DNA of 64,000 nt, taken from contig CAWJCS010000002.1 in assembly GCA_963841435.1 (NCBI GenBank), forward strand, positions 448,001 to 512,000, written 5' to 3'. The DNA is from an uncultured delta proteobacterium. Lineage in GTDB: Bacteria > Myxococcota_A > Polyangia > Polyangiales > Polyangiaceae. This document shows positions 42,948 to 52,915 of the stretch, piece after piece (position 1 is the stretch's first letter; the number at the start of each line of letters is the position of its first letter). The translations under genes and the position numbers were made by a program. Below the pieces are notes generated by a model. It was not told where the DNA came from and searched no databases. It saw nothing but the letters and a program-made list of their open reading frames with translations.

Positions 42948-44649
42948 GAACGCTCGGCGCTCGAGGCGACGGCTGCTCGCGAGCGCGGCTTTGCCGCTGC
43001 TCGGGGTATGCCTGGTCGCGTGCGGTCGCGAGGATATCGAGCTCGCGCGCCCGACGAGCCTTGCGCCCGCCGTGAGCGATTGCAGCGCGGCCGTCCCGGA
43101 AGGGCTCATCGCTGCGCGTCCCCCCATGGGCTGGAACGGCTGGAACGCGTTCGGCTGCTCCCCGACGCTGGACGAGGCGCTCCTCAAGGCCAACGTCAAC
43201 GCGCTCGTGGACAGTGGGATGCAGAGCGCCGGCTACCAGTACGTCAACCTGGACGCCTGTTGGGAAACCGAGCGCGGCGCCGACGGCCAGCGCCAGATCG
43301 ACGCCACGCGTCTGCCGGGCGGAATCGAAGCGTTCGCGGAGTACGTCCACACCCGGGGGCTCTCGCTCGGTATCTACGCGCCGATCGAGACCTGCTCCGC
43401 CGGGCAGGGCATCGAGGGACATGAAGCCGACGACGCGGCCACCTACGCCGCCTGGGGGGTCGACTACGTGAAGCTCTCGCGCTGCGACGGCGGCGCCCAG
43501 GTGAGCGAGGATGCCGGAACGGGCCTCGCCACGGCGATCGACGAAACGGGGCGACCGATGCTGCTGAGCCTGGCGAGCCCCCCTTTCCAGGAGTGGATGC
43601 CGGAGCGGGCGCAGGCCTTTCGGTGCGCGGGCAACATCGAGCCGACCTGGAGCTCGCTGCTGCGCTCGATCGACTCGACCCTGCCGCTGGCGGCGTACGC
43701 GCGCCCCGGGGCCTTCAACGATCCGGACATGCTCGAGATCGGCAACGGAGCGCTCACTCCGGGCGAGCAGCGCGTCCAGCTCGCGGTGTGGTCGATCCTC
43801 TCGGCGCCGCTCCTCGCCGGCAACGACCTCTCGGTGATGACGGAGGAAACGCGCGCCCTGCTCACCAACACCCGCGTCATCGCGCTAAACCAGGATCCGC
43901 TGGGCCTGCAGGCGGCGCTCGTCCGTAGCGAAGGCGACGTCGAGCTGCTCGCCAAGCCGCTCTCCGGCTGCGGCGCCCGCGCGGCCGTGCTCTACAACCG
44001 CGGCGACACGAGCGCCGACATCGCCGTCGCGTGGAACGACCTCTGGCTCGAAGCGGCCGGCGGCGCCGTCCAAAACCTCTGGACCGACTCGCCGGTCGCC
44101 TCGGACACGTCTGGCTTCCGCGTGACGGTGCTGCCGCACGACGCTGTCGCTCTGCGCGTGACGGGCGTCGAGCCCCCGCTGCCGGGCGGTCGTAGCTACC
44201 TCAGTGACCTCCGCCCGAGCTACGCGACGAACGGCTTCGGCCCGTTTGAGCTCGATCAGACCAACGGTGAGGACAGCGCCCTGGATGGCGCACCGATCCG
44301 CCTCAGGGGCGCGGCGTACGACAAGGGCCTCGGGGTTCACGCCCCTTCGCTCCTCCGCTACCGCCTCGGGCGAGCGTGCACGAGGTTCGAAGCCGACGTG
44401 GGGATCGACGACGATCAGCAGGGGCAGGGCTCGGTCGAATTCGAGGTGTGGGCCGACGGCGAGCGCCTGTTCCGCAGCGGTGTGCTCACCGGCTCGAGCC
44501 CGGTGCGCACCGTGAACCTCGACCTGACCGGCCGTCGGGACCTCCGGCTCTTCGTCGGGACCGGGGGCGACACGAACGGCAAGGACCACGGCGTCTGGGC
44601 CGGAGCACGCCTCGACTGCGACCCCGCCGGCACGCCGGCTGGGCCCTGA
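42931..44649 (+). CDS. GH27 alpha-galactosidase-like lipoprotein with NPCBM (CBM51) domain; catalytic residues substituted
   Basis: LVAC lipobox; PPMGWNGWN, WGVDYVK, FNDPDMLEIGN, APLLAGNDL, VIALNQDPLG; NPCBM YDKGLGVHAPS..FEADVGIDD..SVEFEV..DHGVW. Confidence 0.9.
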   Translation: MSRSSENARRSRRRLLASAALPLLGVCLVACGREDIELARPTSLAPAVSDCSAAVPEGLIAARPPMGWNGWNAFGCSPTLDEALLKANVNALVDSGMQSAGYQYVNLDACWETERGADGQRQIDATRLPGGIEAFAEYVHTRGLSLGIYAPIETCSAGQGIEGHEADDAATYAAWGVDYVKLSRCDGGAQVSEDAGTGLATAIDETGRPMLLSLASPPFQEWMPERAQAFRCAGNIEPTWSSLLRSIDSTLPLAAYARPGAFNDPDMLEIGNGALTPGEQRVQLAVWSILSAPLLAGNDLSVMTEETRALLTNTRVIALNQDPLGLQAALVRSEGDVELLAKPLSGCGARAAVLYNRGDTSADIAVAWNDLWLEAAGGAVQNLWTDSPVASDTSGFRVTVLPHDAVALRVTGVEPPLPGGRSYLSDLRPSYATNGFGPFELDQTNGEDSALDGAPIRLRGAAYDKGLGVHAPSLLRYRLGRACTRFEADVGIDDDQQGQGSVEFEVWADGERLFRSGVLTGSSPVRTVNLDLTGRRDLRLFVGTGGDTNGKDHGVWAGARLDCDPAGTPAGP

Positions 44650-44681
44650 CCCGTAACCTTTCACCGCCCCCATTCCACTAG

Positions 44682-45227
44682 GTGGGAATGCCGCTCCACG
44701 CGCTTCCGAGCTTGCCGCCGGAGCGGAACATTCCGGATCCAGGAGCGGCCCCCGTGCCCTACGAAGAGCTGGCCACCTACGTGCGAAAGCTGGCGCGGCG
44801 GAGCCTCGGCGCGGGCGCGGACGCGGACGACGTCGTCCAGCAGGTGCTCTTCAGCGTCCTCCGCCACGGCTCCGAGCTTCGCGACCGGGGAGCGCTGCGC
44901 GGGTGGGTGCGCGCCATCACCTTCAGTGTCGTCGCCGATGTCATCCGGCGGCGCCGGACGTGGCGGGTGGTCGAGCTCGATGCCGCCCGACAGCGAAGCG
45001 GCGACCTCGTACGCACCGTCGAGATGCGCGAGCTCCTCGCACGCCTGCAGTCGATGATCGAGCGCCTCCCACCCGCCGAGCAGTCGGCCTTCGTGATGCG
45101 CTACGTCGAAGGTCGCAAGGTCAACGAAGTCGCCCGCAGCGAGGGCTACTCGCGCGCGACCGCGCGGCGGCGCCTGGTCAGGGCGGAGCGGATCCTGAAG
45201 ACGCTGGCGACGCAGATGGCGTCATAG
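44682..45227 (+). CDS. Second ECF sigma factor, no adjacent anti-sigma
   Basis: DADDVVQQV..LRGWVRAI; LPPAEQSAFVMRYVEG..EVA..ATARRRL. Confidence 0.78.
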   Translation: MGMPLHALPSLPPERNIPDPGAAPVPYEELATYVRKLARRSLGAGADADDVVQQVLFSVLRHGSELRDRGALRGWVRAITFSVVADVIRRRRTWRVVELDAARQRSGDLVRTVEMRELLARLQSMIERLPPAEQSAFVMRYVEGRKVNEVARSEGYSRATARRRLVRAERILKTLATQMAS

Positions 45228-45282
45228 CGTTGGGAGAGCTTCACGTTTCAGCCCGAAACTCGGGTCAGAAGGACACGCGCGG

Positions 45283-45834
45283 TCAGCCGCGGCAGACGCT
45301 GGGTGCCGCGCACGTGCGCTGCCCGCTCGGCAACGCGGCGCAGCAGCCCCGGCGGCAATCGCCGTCAACGTCGCAGCGCTCCGCGCAGTAGGCGATGCCC
45401 CCTGACACGTCGCGCGGGTCCGAGATGCAAACCCAACCGCTCGAGCAGTCGCTGTCCGAGTCGCAAGGGCCCTCGGGGGTGCGGCAGTAGCGGTCTCCGG
45501 CGGTCCCCGTCACACACGATGCAGCGCCGCAGTCCGAGTCCGTCTCGCAGGCAAACTTGGCAGACGGGCAGTAGAGCGTGCCGCGGTGATCGACGGCGCA
45601 CACGCCGCTCTCGGGGCAACCCTCGGACGATGCGCACATCCCGACGACGCACGTCGGGTGGCCGCTCTGGTCGAGGTCAACGCAGATGGCGTCCGTCGGC
45701 ATGGGATCGCTGCAATCCGCATCCGACTTGCACGGCGGAACCTCGCCGCCGAGCACCGAATCGCCGTCGACGCTGCACCCTGCCGCCAGCCACGCGACCA
45801 CGCCCGCAAGCACCGTGCCGAGTCCTCTGCCCAT
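45283..45834 (-). CDS. Small Cys-rich repeat lipoprotein
   Basis: LAAGC lipobox; repeated CxxDxDC motifs. Confidence 0.65.
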   Translation of the reverse strand: MGRGLGTVLAGVVAWLAAGCSVDGDSVLGGEVPPCKSDADCSDPMPTDAICVDLDQSGHPTCVVGMCASSEGCPESGVCAVDHRGTLYCPSAKFACETDSDCGAASCVTGTAGDRYCRTPEGPCDSDSDCSSGWVCISDPRDVSGGIAYCAERCDVDGDCRRGCCAALPSGQRTCAAPSVCRG

Positions 45835-45997
45835 GGCGCCCAAGCTCTCGCCGGTCGTAGCCGGCGTCAACGACGCCGCGCTCGGCAACGCCTCCGACCC
45901 GTCATCGACGGTGAGAGCTACCGGGCCCGCCCCGGGACCTTCGTCGGGAAGCGTGCAGGTAGTCGAGCTTCTGCGTGAAGCCGGCGAGCGGCGGCCG

Positions 45998-47119
45998 TCA
46001 CGCGGTGCGCTTCTTGTAGCTCCACATCGCGAGGGCGTTGAACACCACGGCGAAGCCGCCCAGCTTGAGCAGCACGGGCGCGAGGTCCCTGAGGGTGCTG
46101 CCCTTGATGTAGACCGCGCGCACGACCGTGATGAGATACGACGGCGGGTTGAAGGCGGCGATATCCTGCGCCCAGCCCGGCATGCTCTCGATCGGCGTGT
46201 ACAGGCCACTCAGCAAGATGAAGATCATCATGATGAAGAACGAGAGCAGCGTGGCCTGCTGCTGGCTCTCGGTGATGGTGCTGATGAACAGCCCGATGCC
46301 CAAAACACCCACCAAGTAGAGAGCCGAGAAGACGTAGAGCGTGAAGAGCGAGCCAAGTGGCCAGAGCCCGAACACGACGAGCGCGACCACGATGCCGATC
46401 GAGATGGACACCATGCCGAGCACCCAGAAGGGGATGAGCTTGCCCAAAATGAACTCGACCTTGCGGATCGGCGTCACGTTGATCTGCTCGATGGTTCCGG
46501 CTTCTTTCTCTTGGACGATGTTGAGCGAGGACAGGAACGCCCCCACCATCGTCACCAGAATCGGCAGCAGGCCAGGAACCATGAACGCCGCGTAGTTGAC
46601 GTGAGGGTTGTACCAGCTGGCGGTCGTGACCTCGATCGTCGGCGCCTGAGGACTCGGCGAGGCAGGCATGGACTCGGCTCCGAGCTCGCCCTGAAACTGC
46701 CGGACCATCGACAGCGCGTAGCTGGTCCCCAGGCCCGCACGCACGCCATTGACCGCGTCGGCAACCAGCTGCAGCGAGGCGTGCCCGGTCGTCGTCAGAT
46801 CGCGCTCGAAATCGTGCGGAATGGTCAGCACGATGTCGGCGCGGCCGTCCTCCATGAGCTGGGTCCCCGTGCGGTAGTCGGGTGGGGCCGCCACGATGCG
46901 GAAGTAGTTGGAGGCCCCGACCTTCTGGATCAGCCGCTGGGAGTCGCTCGAGTGATCCTGGTCCACGATAGCGATCGAGATGTGCTTGACCTCGTAGTCC
47001 GCGGCCAGCGGAATGAGCACGAGCTGCACCACCGGCATGATGAAGATCAGCCGCAAGATGGCTCTGTCACGGAAGATGAGCAAAAACTCCTTCTGCAAGA
47101 GGAAGTAGAGATTGCGCAT
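45998..47119 (-). CDS. ABC-2 type permease (YbhR/YhhJ-like)
   Basis: KEFLLIFRD, WYNP, EKEAGTIEQINVTP, LSGLYTPIESMP. Confidence 0.9.
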   Translation of the reverse strand: MRNLYFLLQKEFLLIFRDRAILRLIFIMPVVQLVLIPLAADYEVKHISIAIVDQDHSSDSQRLIQKVGASNYFRIVAAPPDYRTGTQLMEDGRADIVLTIPHDFERDLTTTGHASLQLVADAVNGVRAGLGTSYALSMVRQFQGELGAESMPASPSPQAPTIEVTTASWYNPHVNYAAFMVPGLLPILVTMVGAFLSSLNIVQEKEAGTIEQINVTPIRKVEFILGKLIPFWVLGMVSISIGIVVALVVFGLWPLGSLFTLYVFSALYLVGVLGIGLFISTITESQQQATLLSFFIMMIFILLSGLYTPIESMPGWAQDIAAFNPPSYLITVVRAVYIKGSTLRDLAPVLLKLGGFAVVFNALAMWSYKKRTA

Positions 47120-47122
47120 GCG

Positions 47123-48271
47123 CTAAAGCCTCTGCTTGAAGGTCCGCCAGGCGATGGCCATCAGCGCCAGCGTCATGCCGGCGAGGACCAGCGTCGGCTC
47201 GATGATGGCCGAAAAACCGAGGTGCTTGATCATCACGCTGCTCGCGATCAGATAGAACCACCTCGTGGGGATGACGTGGCTGATCACCCGCAAGGCGAGG
47301 GGCATGTTCTCGATGGGGAACATGAACCCGCTGAACACCAATGCCGGCATCAATAGGCCCACCAGCGAGACGAACATGGCCGTCTGCTGCTGCTCGACCA
47401 CGTTCGATATCACGAGGCCGAGCGAGAGCGTCGTCACGATGAACAGCAGGCTCTCCGCGACGAGCAGCGGGATATTGGCGCCACGCGGCATGTCCATCAG
47501 GCCATAGGACAAGAGCAGGATGATCAGCACGTCGATCAGGCAGAGCACCAGGTAGGGCACGGCCTTGCCGATGATCAGGCTGAGCGGATGCATGGGTGAG
47601 ACGAGCAGCACCTCCATGGTGCCGCGCTCCTTCTCGCGCACGATCGAGACGGACGTCATCATGGCGCCCAGCAGCATCACGATCAGCGTCATGACGCCCG
47701 GGACGAACATGTAGCTGCTCTTGAGCTGGGGGTTGTAAAGCATGCGAGTTTCGACGTTGATGGCTCCTGCCCGGACCGGAGCCTTCGTCAGGTCCGCCTG
47801 GTACTGACCGACGATGGCCGCCGCGTAGTTGGTGACGGTGCTGGCGGTGTTCGGATCGGAGGCGTCCGCGACCAGACGGATTTGGGCGTGACCGAGGTGC
47901 CTGAGGTCATGGTCGAATTCTGGGAGGAACACCACGGCAAGGCGTGCGTCGCCGCGCCGGAAGCGCTCGCCGACCTCGGCCTCGCTCTTTACATGGCCCG
48001 AGAAGGTGAAATATTTGCTCTCGGCGATGCGGTCGATGAGCCCAATCGTCAACGCGTCGGGCACGCGGTCCAGGACGACGAAGTTGCTGTTCTTGACCTC
48101 GTTCGACAGAGCAAAGCCGAAGAGCGTCATCATGACGACCGGCAGGCCCAGGAGAATGAGCAGGCTCCTCCGGTCGCGCACGACGTGCTTGGCTTCCTTG
48201 AGCACGAAAGCGACGAACATCCGGATCGCGCTGACCCGGTGCTCCGGGCCCTCGGTCGCTTCAGTCGCCAT
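47123..48271 (-). CDS. ABC-2 type permease (YbhS-like)
   Basis: KEAKHVVRD, YNPQL, REKERGTMEVLLVSP, FSGFMFPIENMP. Confidence 0.9.
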   Translation of the reverse strand: MATEATEGPEHRVSAIRMFVAFVLKEAKHVVRDRRSLLILLGLPVVMMTLFGFALSNEVKNSNFVVLDRVPDALTIGLIDRIAESKYFTFSGHVKSEAEVGERFRRGDARLAVVFLPEFDHDLRHLGHAQIRLVADASDPNTASTVTNYAAAIVGQYQADLTKAPVRAGAINVETRMLYNPQLKSSYMFVPGVMTLIVMLLGAMMTSVSIVREKERGTMEVLLVSPMHPLSLIIGKAVPYLVLCLIDVLIILLLSYGLMDMPRGANIPLLVAESLLFIVTTLSLGLVISNVVEQQQTAMFVSLVGLLMPALVFSGFMFPIENMPLALRVISHVIPTRWFYLIASSVMIKHLGFSAIIEPTLVLAGMTLALMAIAWRTFKQRL

Positions 48272-49004
48272 GGCGCTTCGCCTTTCGTGCCAGCGCGACG
48301 AACACCTCTTCGACCGAGGCCACCCCGTACTCCGCGCACAGCTCGGCGGGCTTTCCCATCGCGGCGATCGCTCCGTCAACCATGATCGACACGCGATCGC
48401 AGTACTCGGCCTCGTCCATGTAGTGAGTCGTCACGAACACGGTTACCCCGCGCGACGACGCCTCGAAGATCATGTCCCAAAACTGTCGCCGCACGATGGG
48501 ATCGACGCCGCCCGTGGGCTCGTCCAAAAAGACCACCTTCGGCTGGTGCACCGTGGCGACCGCGAAGCTGATGCGCTGCTTCCAGCCGAGCGGCAGATCG
48601 TCCACCCGCGTATCGGCGGCCGAGGTCAGCCGCAGCCGCTCGAGGATCTCACTCGTCTTGTCTTTGACCTCCTGGAGCGGCAGCCCGTAGATGCCGGCAA
48701 AGAAGCGGATGTTCTGGCGCACGCTGAGCCTGCCGTAGAGCGAGAACTTCTGGCTCATGTAGCCAATCCGCTTCTTGATCTGCTCGGACTGGGTCATGGC
48801 GTCGAAGCCCGCGACCGTCGCGCGTCCCGAGGTCGGCTCGAGCAGCCCGCAGAAGATCCGCATCGCCGTGGTCTTGCCCGCGCCGTTGGCGCCGAGAAAA
48901 CCGAAGATCTCGCCCGCGGCCACCTGGAGATTGATGGCGTCGACCGCCGTGAACGAGCCGAAGCGGCGCGTCAGGTTCTCGGCCTCGATGACCCACTCAG
49001 TCAT
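48261..49004 (-). CDS. ABC transporter ATP-binding protein (YbhF C-half-like)
   Basis: GANGAGKT Walker A, LPLGWKQR signature, VFLDEPTGGVDP, TTHYMDEAE. Confidence 0.92.
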   Translation of the reverse strand: MTEWVIEAENLTRRFGSFTAVDAINLQVAAGEIFGFLGANGAGKTTAMRIFCGLLEPTSGRATVAGFDAMTQSEQIKKRIGYMSQKFSLYGRLSVRQNIRFFAGIYGLPLQEVKDKTSEILERLRLTSAADTRVDDLPLGWKQRISFAVATVHQPKVVFLDEPTGGVDPIVRRQFWDMIFEASSRGVTVFVTTHYMDEAEYCDRVSIMVDGAIAAMGKPAELCAEYGVASVEEVFVALARKAKRHGD

Positions 49005-49923
49005 GGGCCTCTCCGTGGATGAGATCGATGAAGACATCTTCCACGTTCGGCTCGATCGCGCGCACCGACGCCGCCTGGTGCCCGAGCCCACGCAGGTAGG
49101 CGAGCACGGCTTCGGGACCTCCGGCGTCGGCCTGGAGCACCAGGTGGTGCTCTCGTCCGAACGCGAAGCAGTAGCGGGTCCCGGGGTAGGCCCGGAGATC
49201 CTTGAGAATCGGAAAGAGTCGATCGCCGCTCACGGCGTAGGTCTCGGTGGCATGGCGCTCGAGCAGCGCGGCCAGCGTGTCGAGCGCGATGATCTTGCCC
49301 TTCTGTACGAGCGCGATCCGGTCGCAGCGCGCCGCCTCGTCCATGTACGGTGTCGAGACGACGATGGTGATGCCGCCTTCGCGCAAGCGTCCGAGCATGC
49401 TCCAGAAGTCCTTGCGCGAGACGGGATCGACGCCGGTGGTCGGCTCGTCCAAAAACAGCACCTTGGGCGCATGAATGAGCGCGCAGCAGAGGGCCAGCTT
49501 CTGCTTCATGCCGCCCGACAGCTTGCCCGCCAGGCGCGTCTTGAACGGCTCGAGCTGCGTGTAGATGTCGGAGACGAGGTGGTAATTGGCCTCGACCGTC
49601 GTGCCGAACACCGTGGCAAAGAACGCCAAATTCTCGGCCACGGACAGATCCTGATAGAGCGAGAAGCGCCCCGGCATGTAGCCGACCAGCGCGCGGATGG
49701 CGCGGAAGTCCTGCACCACGTCGTGCCCGAGCACGCTGGCCCGGCCGCGATCGGCCAAAAGGAGCGTGGTCAGGATGCGGATTAGCGTGGTCTTGCCCGC
49801 ACCGTCCGGGCCGATGAGGCCGAAGATCTCGCCCGGCGCGACCTCGAACGACAGGTCGTCCAACGCCGGCGCGTCGGCGCGCGGGTAGCGCTTGCAGAGA
49901 CGATCGACGACCACGGCCGGCAT
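48997..49923 (-). CDS. ABC transporter ATP-binding protein (YbhF N-half-like)
   Basis: GPDGAGKT, LSGGMKQK, LFLDEPTTGVDP, STPYMDEA. Confidence 0.92.
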   Translation of the reverse strand: MPAVVVDRLCKRYPRADAPALDDLSFEVAPGEIFGLIGPDGAGKTTLIRILTTLLLADRGRASVLGHDVVQDFRAIRALVGYMPGRFSLYQDLSVAENLAFFATVFGTTVEANYHLVSDIYTQLEPFKTRLAGKLSGGMKQKLALCCALIHAPKVLFLDEPTTGVDPVSRKDFWSMLGRLREGGITIVVSTPYMDEAARCDRIALVQKGKIIALDTLAALLERHATETYAVSGDRLFPILKDLRAYPGTRYCFAFGREHHLVLQADAGGPEAVLAYLRGLGHQAASVRAIEPNVEDVFIDLIHGEAHD

Positions 49924-49939
49924 CAGTGCACCGCCCTCG

Positions 49940-50929
49940 TCACCGGAACGAGACCTCGGCGTACATGCCGAGCTTGAGCGTCCCGTCGTTCTGGACGCGG
50001 ATCTTGATGGCGTACACGAGGTTGGAGCGCTCGCTCTTGGTTTGAATCGTCTTGGGCGTGAACTCCGCCTTGTCGGACACCCAGGTGAGCGTGCCCGGTA
50101 GTTCGCGGTACGCCTTTTCGCCCGCGTCGATGAACACGCGCACCTTCTGGTTGAGCTTCACCTGGGCGAGCTGATCGCCGGTGATGTACGCGCGGAGCTC
50201 GATGTGGCTGAGATCCGCGATGCGGTAGAGCGGCTTACCGGGGGTAGCGAATTCGTACTGCTCCGCGTACTTGGTGAGCACGGTGCCGGCGATGGGATTG
50301 ATCACCTTGCATTTCTTGATCTGGTCATCGATCGCGGCGATGCGTGCTTGAGTGGGCGAGCGTTCGCTCTCGGTGGCTCGGTTCTGCAGAGCCACCTGAT
50401 CCTTGTACGACGCGGCTCGTTGATGGGTGATCGCAATCTGGCTCTTGGTCGAGGCCATCTGTCGCTTGAGGACGGCGATCTGGCCTTCGATGTCCGTCAG
50501 CTGCTTGGCGGGCGCGGCCTTCGCCTCCACGAGCGTGGTGAAGCGCCGGCGCTCGCGCTCGAGCACGTCGAGCTGCTCGGCCTGCACGGCCAGCTGCGAC
50601 TCGGTCGTCTTGGCCTCTTCCCGCAAGATCTGGAGCTGAGGCTTGGCCTCGGTCGTGCGGTCGCCGATGGCGAGCTCGGACGCCCGAACCTGGTTTCGCT
50701 GCAAGACGAGCTGCTGGCAATCGATCTCGGCCGCGAGGGCATCGGCCGCCAGCGTTTGGCCCTCCAGGATGGGCATGGCGATGATTTGCCCGGCGACTTC
50801 GGCCGCGATGATGGTGTCGCGAGCCTCGAAGACGCCGCTGGCGTCGTGCTCGTCCTTCCGGGTGGAGCAGCCCGCGGCGAGGACGAGCAGTGCGGCAAGA
50901 AGCGTGCGTGGGAGTTGTCCGTGGTTCAT
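49940..50929 (-). CDS. HlyD-family periplasmic adaptor (YbhG-like), lipoprotein
   Basis: AAGC lipobox, SGVFEA, coiled coil, AEFTPKTIQTKSERSNLVYAIKI, LKLGM. Confidence 0.9.
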   Translation of the reverse strand: MNHGQLPRTLLAALLVLAAGCSTRKDEHDASGVFEARDTIIAAEVAGQIIAMPILEGQTLAADALAAEIDCQQLVLQRNQVRASELAIGDRTTEAKPQLQILREEAKTTESQLAVQAEQLDVLERERRRFTTLVEAKAAPAKQLTDIEGQIAVLKRQMASTKSQIAITHQRAASYKDQVALQNRATESERSPTQARIAAIDDQIKKCKVINPIAGTVLTKYAEQYEFATPGKPLYRIADLSHIELRAYITGDQLAQVKLNQKVRVFIDAGEKAYRELPGTLTWVSDKAEFTPKTIQTKSERSNLVYAIKIRVQNDGTLKLGMYAEVSFR

Positions 50930-52233
50930 GAGGCACCCTTGATCAAGGCAAGCTGGTGGCAGGCAAGGTTTCGTTGGGCTCGATGCACCGCGCGCCGGGT
51001 TCGTGCCTGGTCTTCCTGAGTCAGATCGTTGATCAGGTCGGTCATGCTCGCGGTGCCGAGCTCGAGCTGGAGCTCCGTTTGCTTGCGTGCGCGCTCTCGC
51101 ACGTCGAGCAGCCCGTCATCCAGCCGGATGACGGCGTCGAGTCGGTGGAGCTCGGTGGTCTGCGTGTCGAGCTCCAGGTTCACCTGCTTGACGACGGTGT
51201 CCCGCTGCCGCGCGACCAGCGCGCGCTGCACTGCCAGCTGCTCACTCCCGTTCCGGTGGGTGCCCGCGTACAGATAGGTCAGCGGCACCGTGAGCTGAAT
51301 GCCGCCAATGAAGTAGAACTCGAAGCTGTCGTTCAGGAAGTTGAGGCCGGGGCGGCCGTAACCGCCGGTCGCGAAGGCCCCGAGCCGCGGGTAGTCAACA
51401 TCCCGACTCAGCTGCTCCTGCGCGTCGAGCGTCTGGGCCTGGGCGTCCAGCAGGCTGAGCTCCGGTCAACGCAGGGAGCTCGGGGCCGGGTGCGTCCCGG
51501 GCTCCGCGCAGGTCGTCGCTTCCGGTGCGAGCACGGCGCTCGGCGACAGCGCGGCGCCGGTCAGATCCTGGAGGCTCTGCCTGACTCCGGTGAGCTGAGC
51601 GCTCGCCTCCGCCATGGCTTGGCCCGCCTCGAGCTGTCTTGCCTGAGCGAGCAGCAGGTCCCGCTCGGTGGATAGCCCGTTCTTTAGCGCCACCTGCGCC
51701 TTGTCGACGACCGTCCCGAGGTAGCGCTGCAGGGCCTCGTCCTGCGCTTCGAGCTCTTGCTGGACCACCCCGGCAAAGTACAGCTGCAAGATGCGGTCCT
51801 GCACCTGGTGCCACTCGACGTTGACCTTCTCGTGCTCGACGCGAGCCTGCGTTTCCGCCAGGTGCTTCTGATCCGCGGTGACGCCGCCGTCCCAGATGCT
51901 CTGCTTGAGATCCAGCGTGGCCTTGTACTGATCCTTCGACGGGGGCGAGATGTTCAGGCCGGGGATCGGGATGGCGATGCTGGTGACCTCGGATTGCCAG
52001 GTCGCCTGCGCGCCCAGGGACAGCTGCGGCCAGTACGCGCGATTGAGCTTCGCGCGCGTGAGCTCGAGCGATTGGGCGAGAAGCGGCTGCTTGGCCAGCG
52101 TCGGATGATGGCGCCGAGCGGCGTCGAGGAGCGAGGCCAAGGACACGGTCGACTCGCCGTCGGCGTGCGCCGGAGCGGGCGCGAGCGAGAGACCCACGAG
52201 CGCGACGCCCGCCAAGGCCGATGATATTCGCAT
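50926..52233 (-). pseudogene. TolC-family outer-membrane efflux protein interrupted by an in-frame TGA at 51466-51468
   Basis: ORFs 51466..52233 and 50926..51288 share a frame; reads SLR*PELSLLD..YPRLGAFATGGYGRPG; signal peptide, WPQLSL, QSIWDGG. Confidence 0.8.
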
Positions 52234-52234
52234 G

Positions 52235-52855
52235 CTAGGTAACCTTTCTTCGGCGACGAACCGGGGTTAAGAGCAGCACGATGTAGCGCTTTATCTCCTT
52301 GGCGCGCGCTGCCAGAAACGCGCGGTACTCGCGCTCGTCGAGCCCGAGGAAGCCTTTGATCAGGTTTTTCCCGACGAACGGCATCACGCACATGCCGAGC
52401 AGTGAGACGACGAACTGCCGCGCATCGTGCGCCCGTATCTGCTTGGCGCGCACCGCGGCCTCGAACGCGCGCACGAGTTGCTTGGGAAGCGCGACGTTGA
52501 CCTGCTTGAGCAGTTCGGTGTGGTTCGTGGAGACCTGCAAGAGATAAGAGGGGAGGAACGGATTTTCGATCAGGTACGCGAGGTACAGCTCGACGAACTG
52601 GCAGGCAAAGCGGATGAAGTCGGGCTGCTCGCGCAGACTCGCCTCCACCTGCGGGAAGAGCTGCTTGGCCTTCTCCTTGAAGATCTGCGCGAACAGCTCG
52701 TCCTTGCTGCGAAAGTGATAGTGCAGCATCGCCTTGTTGATCTGGGCCTGATCGGCGATGGCCTGCATGCGCGAGCGGTCGTAGCCCCGGGCCAGAAATT
52801 CGGCTTCCGCGGCGGCCAGGATCCGCGCTTTGGCGTCGCTTTCACGCTCGGTCAT
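52235..52855 (-). CDS. TetR/AcrR-family regulator
   Basis: ILAAAEAEFLARGY..MQAIADQAQINKAMLHYHFRSKDELF HTH. Confidence 0.93.
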   Translation of the reverse strand: MTERESDAKARILAAAEAEFLARGYDRSRMQAIADQAQINKAMLHYHFRSKDELFAQIFKEKAKQLFPQVEASLREQPDFIRFACQFVELYLAYLIENPFLPSYLLQVSTNHTELLKQVNVALPKQLVRAFEAAVRAKQIRAHDARQFVVSLLGMCVMPFVGKNLIKGFLGLDEREYRAFLAARAKEIKRYIVLLLTPVRRRRKVT

Positions 52856-52863
52856 GCAAAACT

Positions 52864-52915
52864 AACCACACGGTTGAACCGTACGGTTAATGCCGCGACG
52901 TGAGCGATCTGTCAA
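52864..52915 (-). promoter_or_regulatory. TetR operator pair and sigma70-like -35 of the efflux operon
   Basis: Tandem palindromes AACC-acac-GGTT (52864-52875) and AACC-gtac-GGTT (52877-52888); TTGACA on the minus strand at 52915-52910. Confidence 0.7.

Noticed and set aside
51466-51468. Selenocysteine recoding of the TolC TGA
   Set aside because: The position corresponds to Arg, not Cys, and no convincing SECIS was seen
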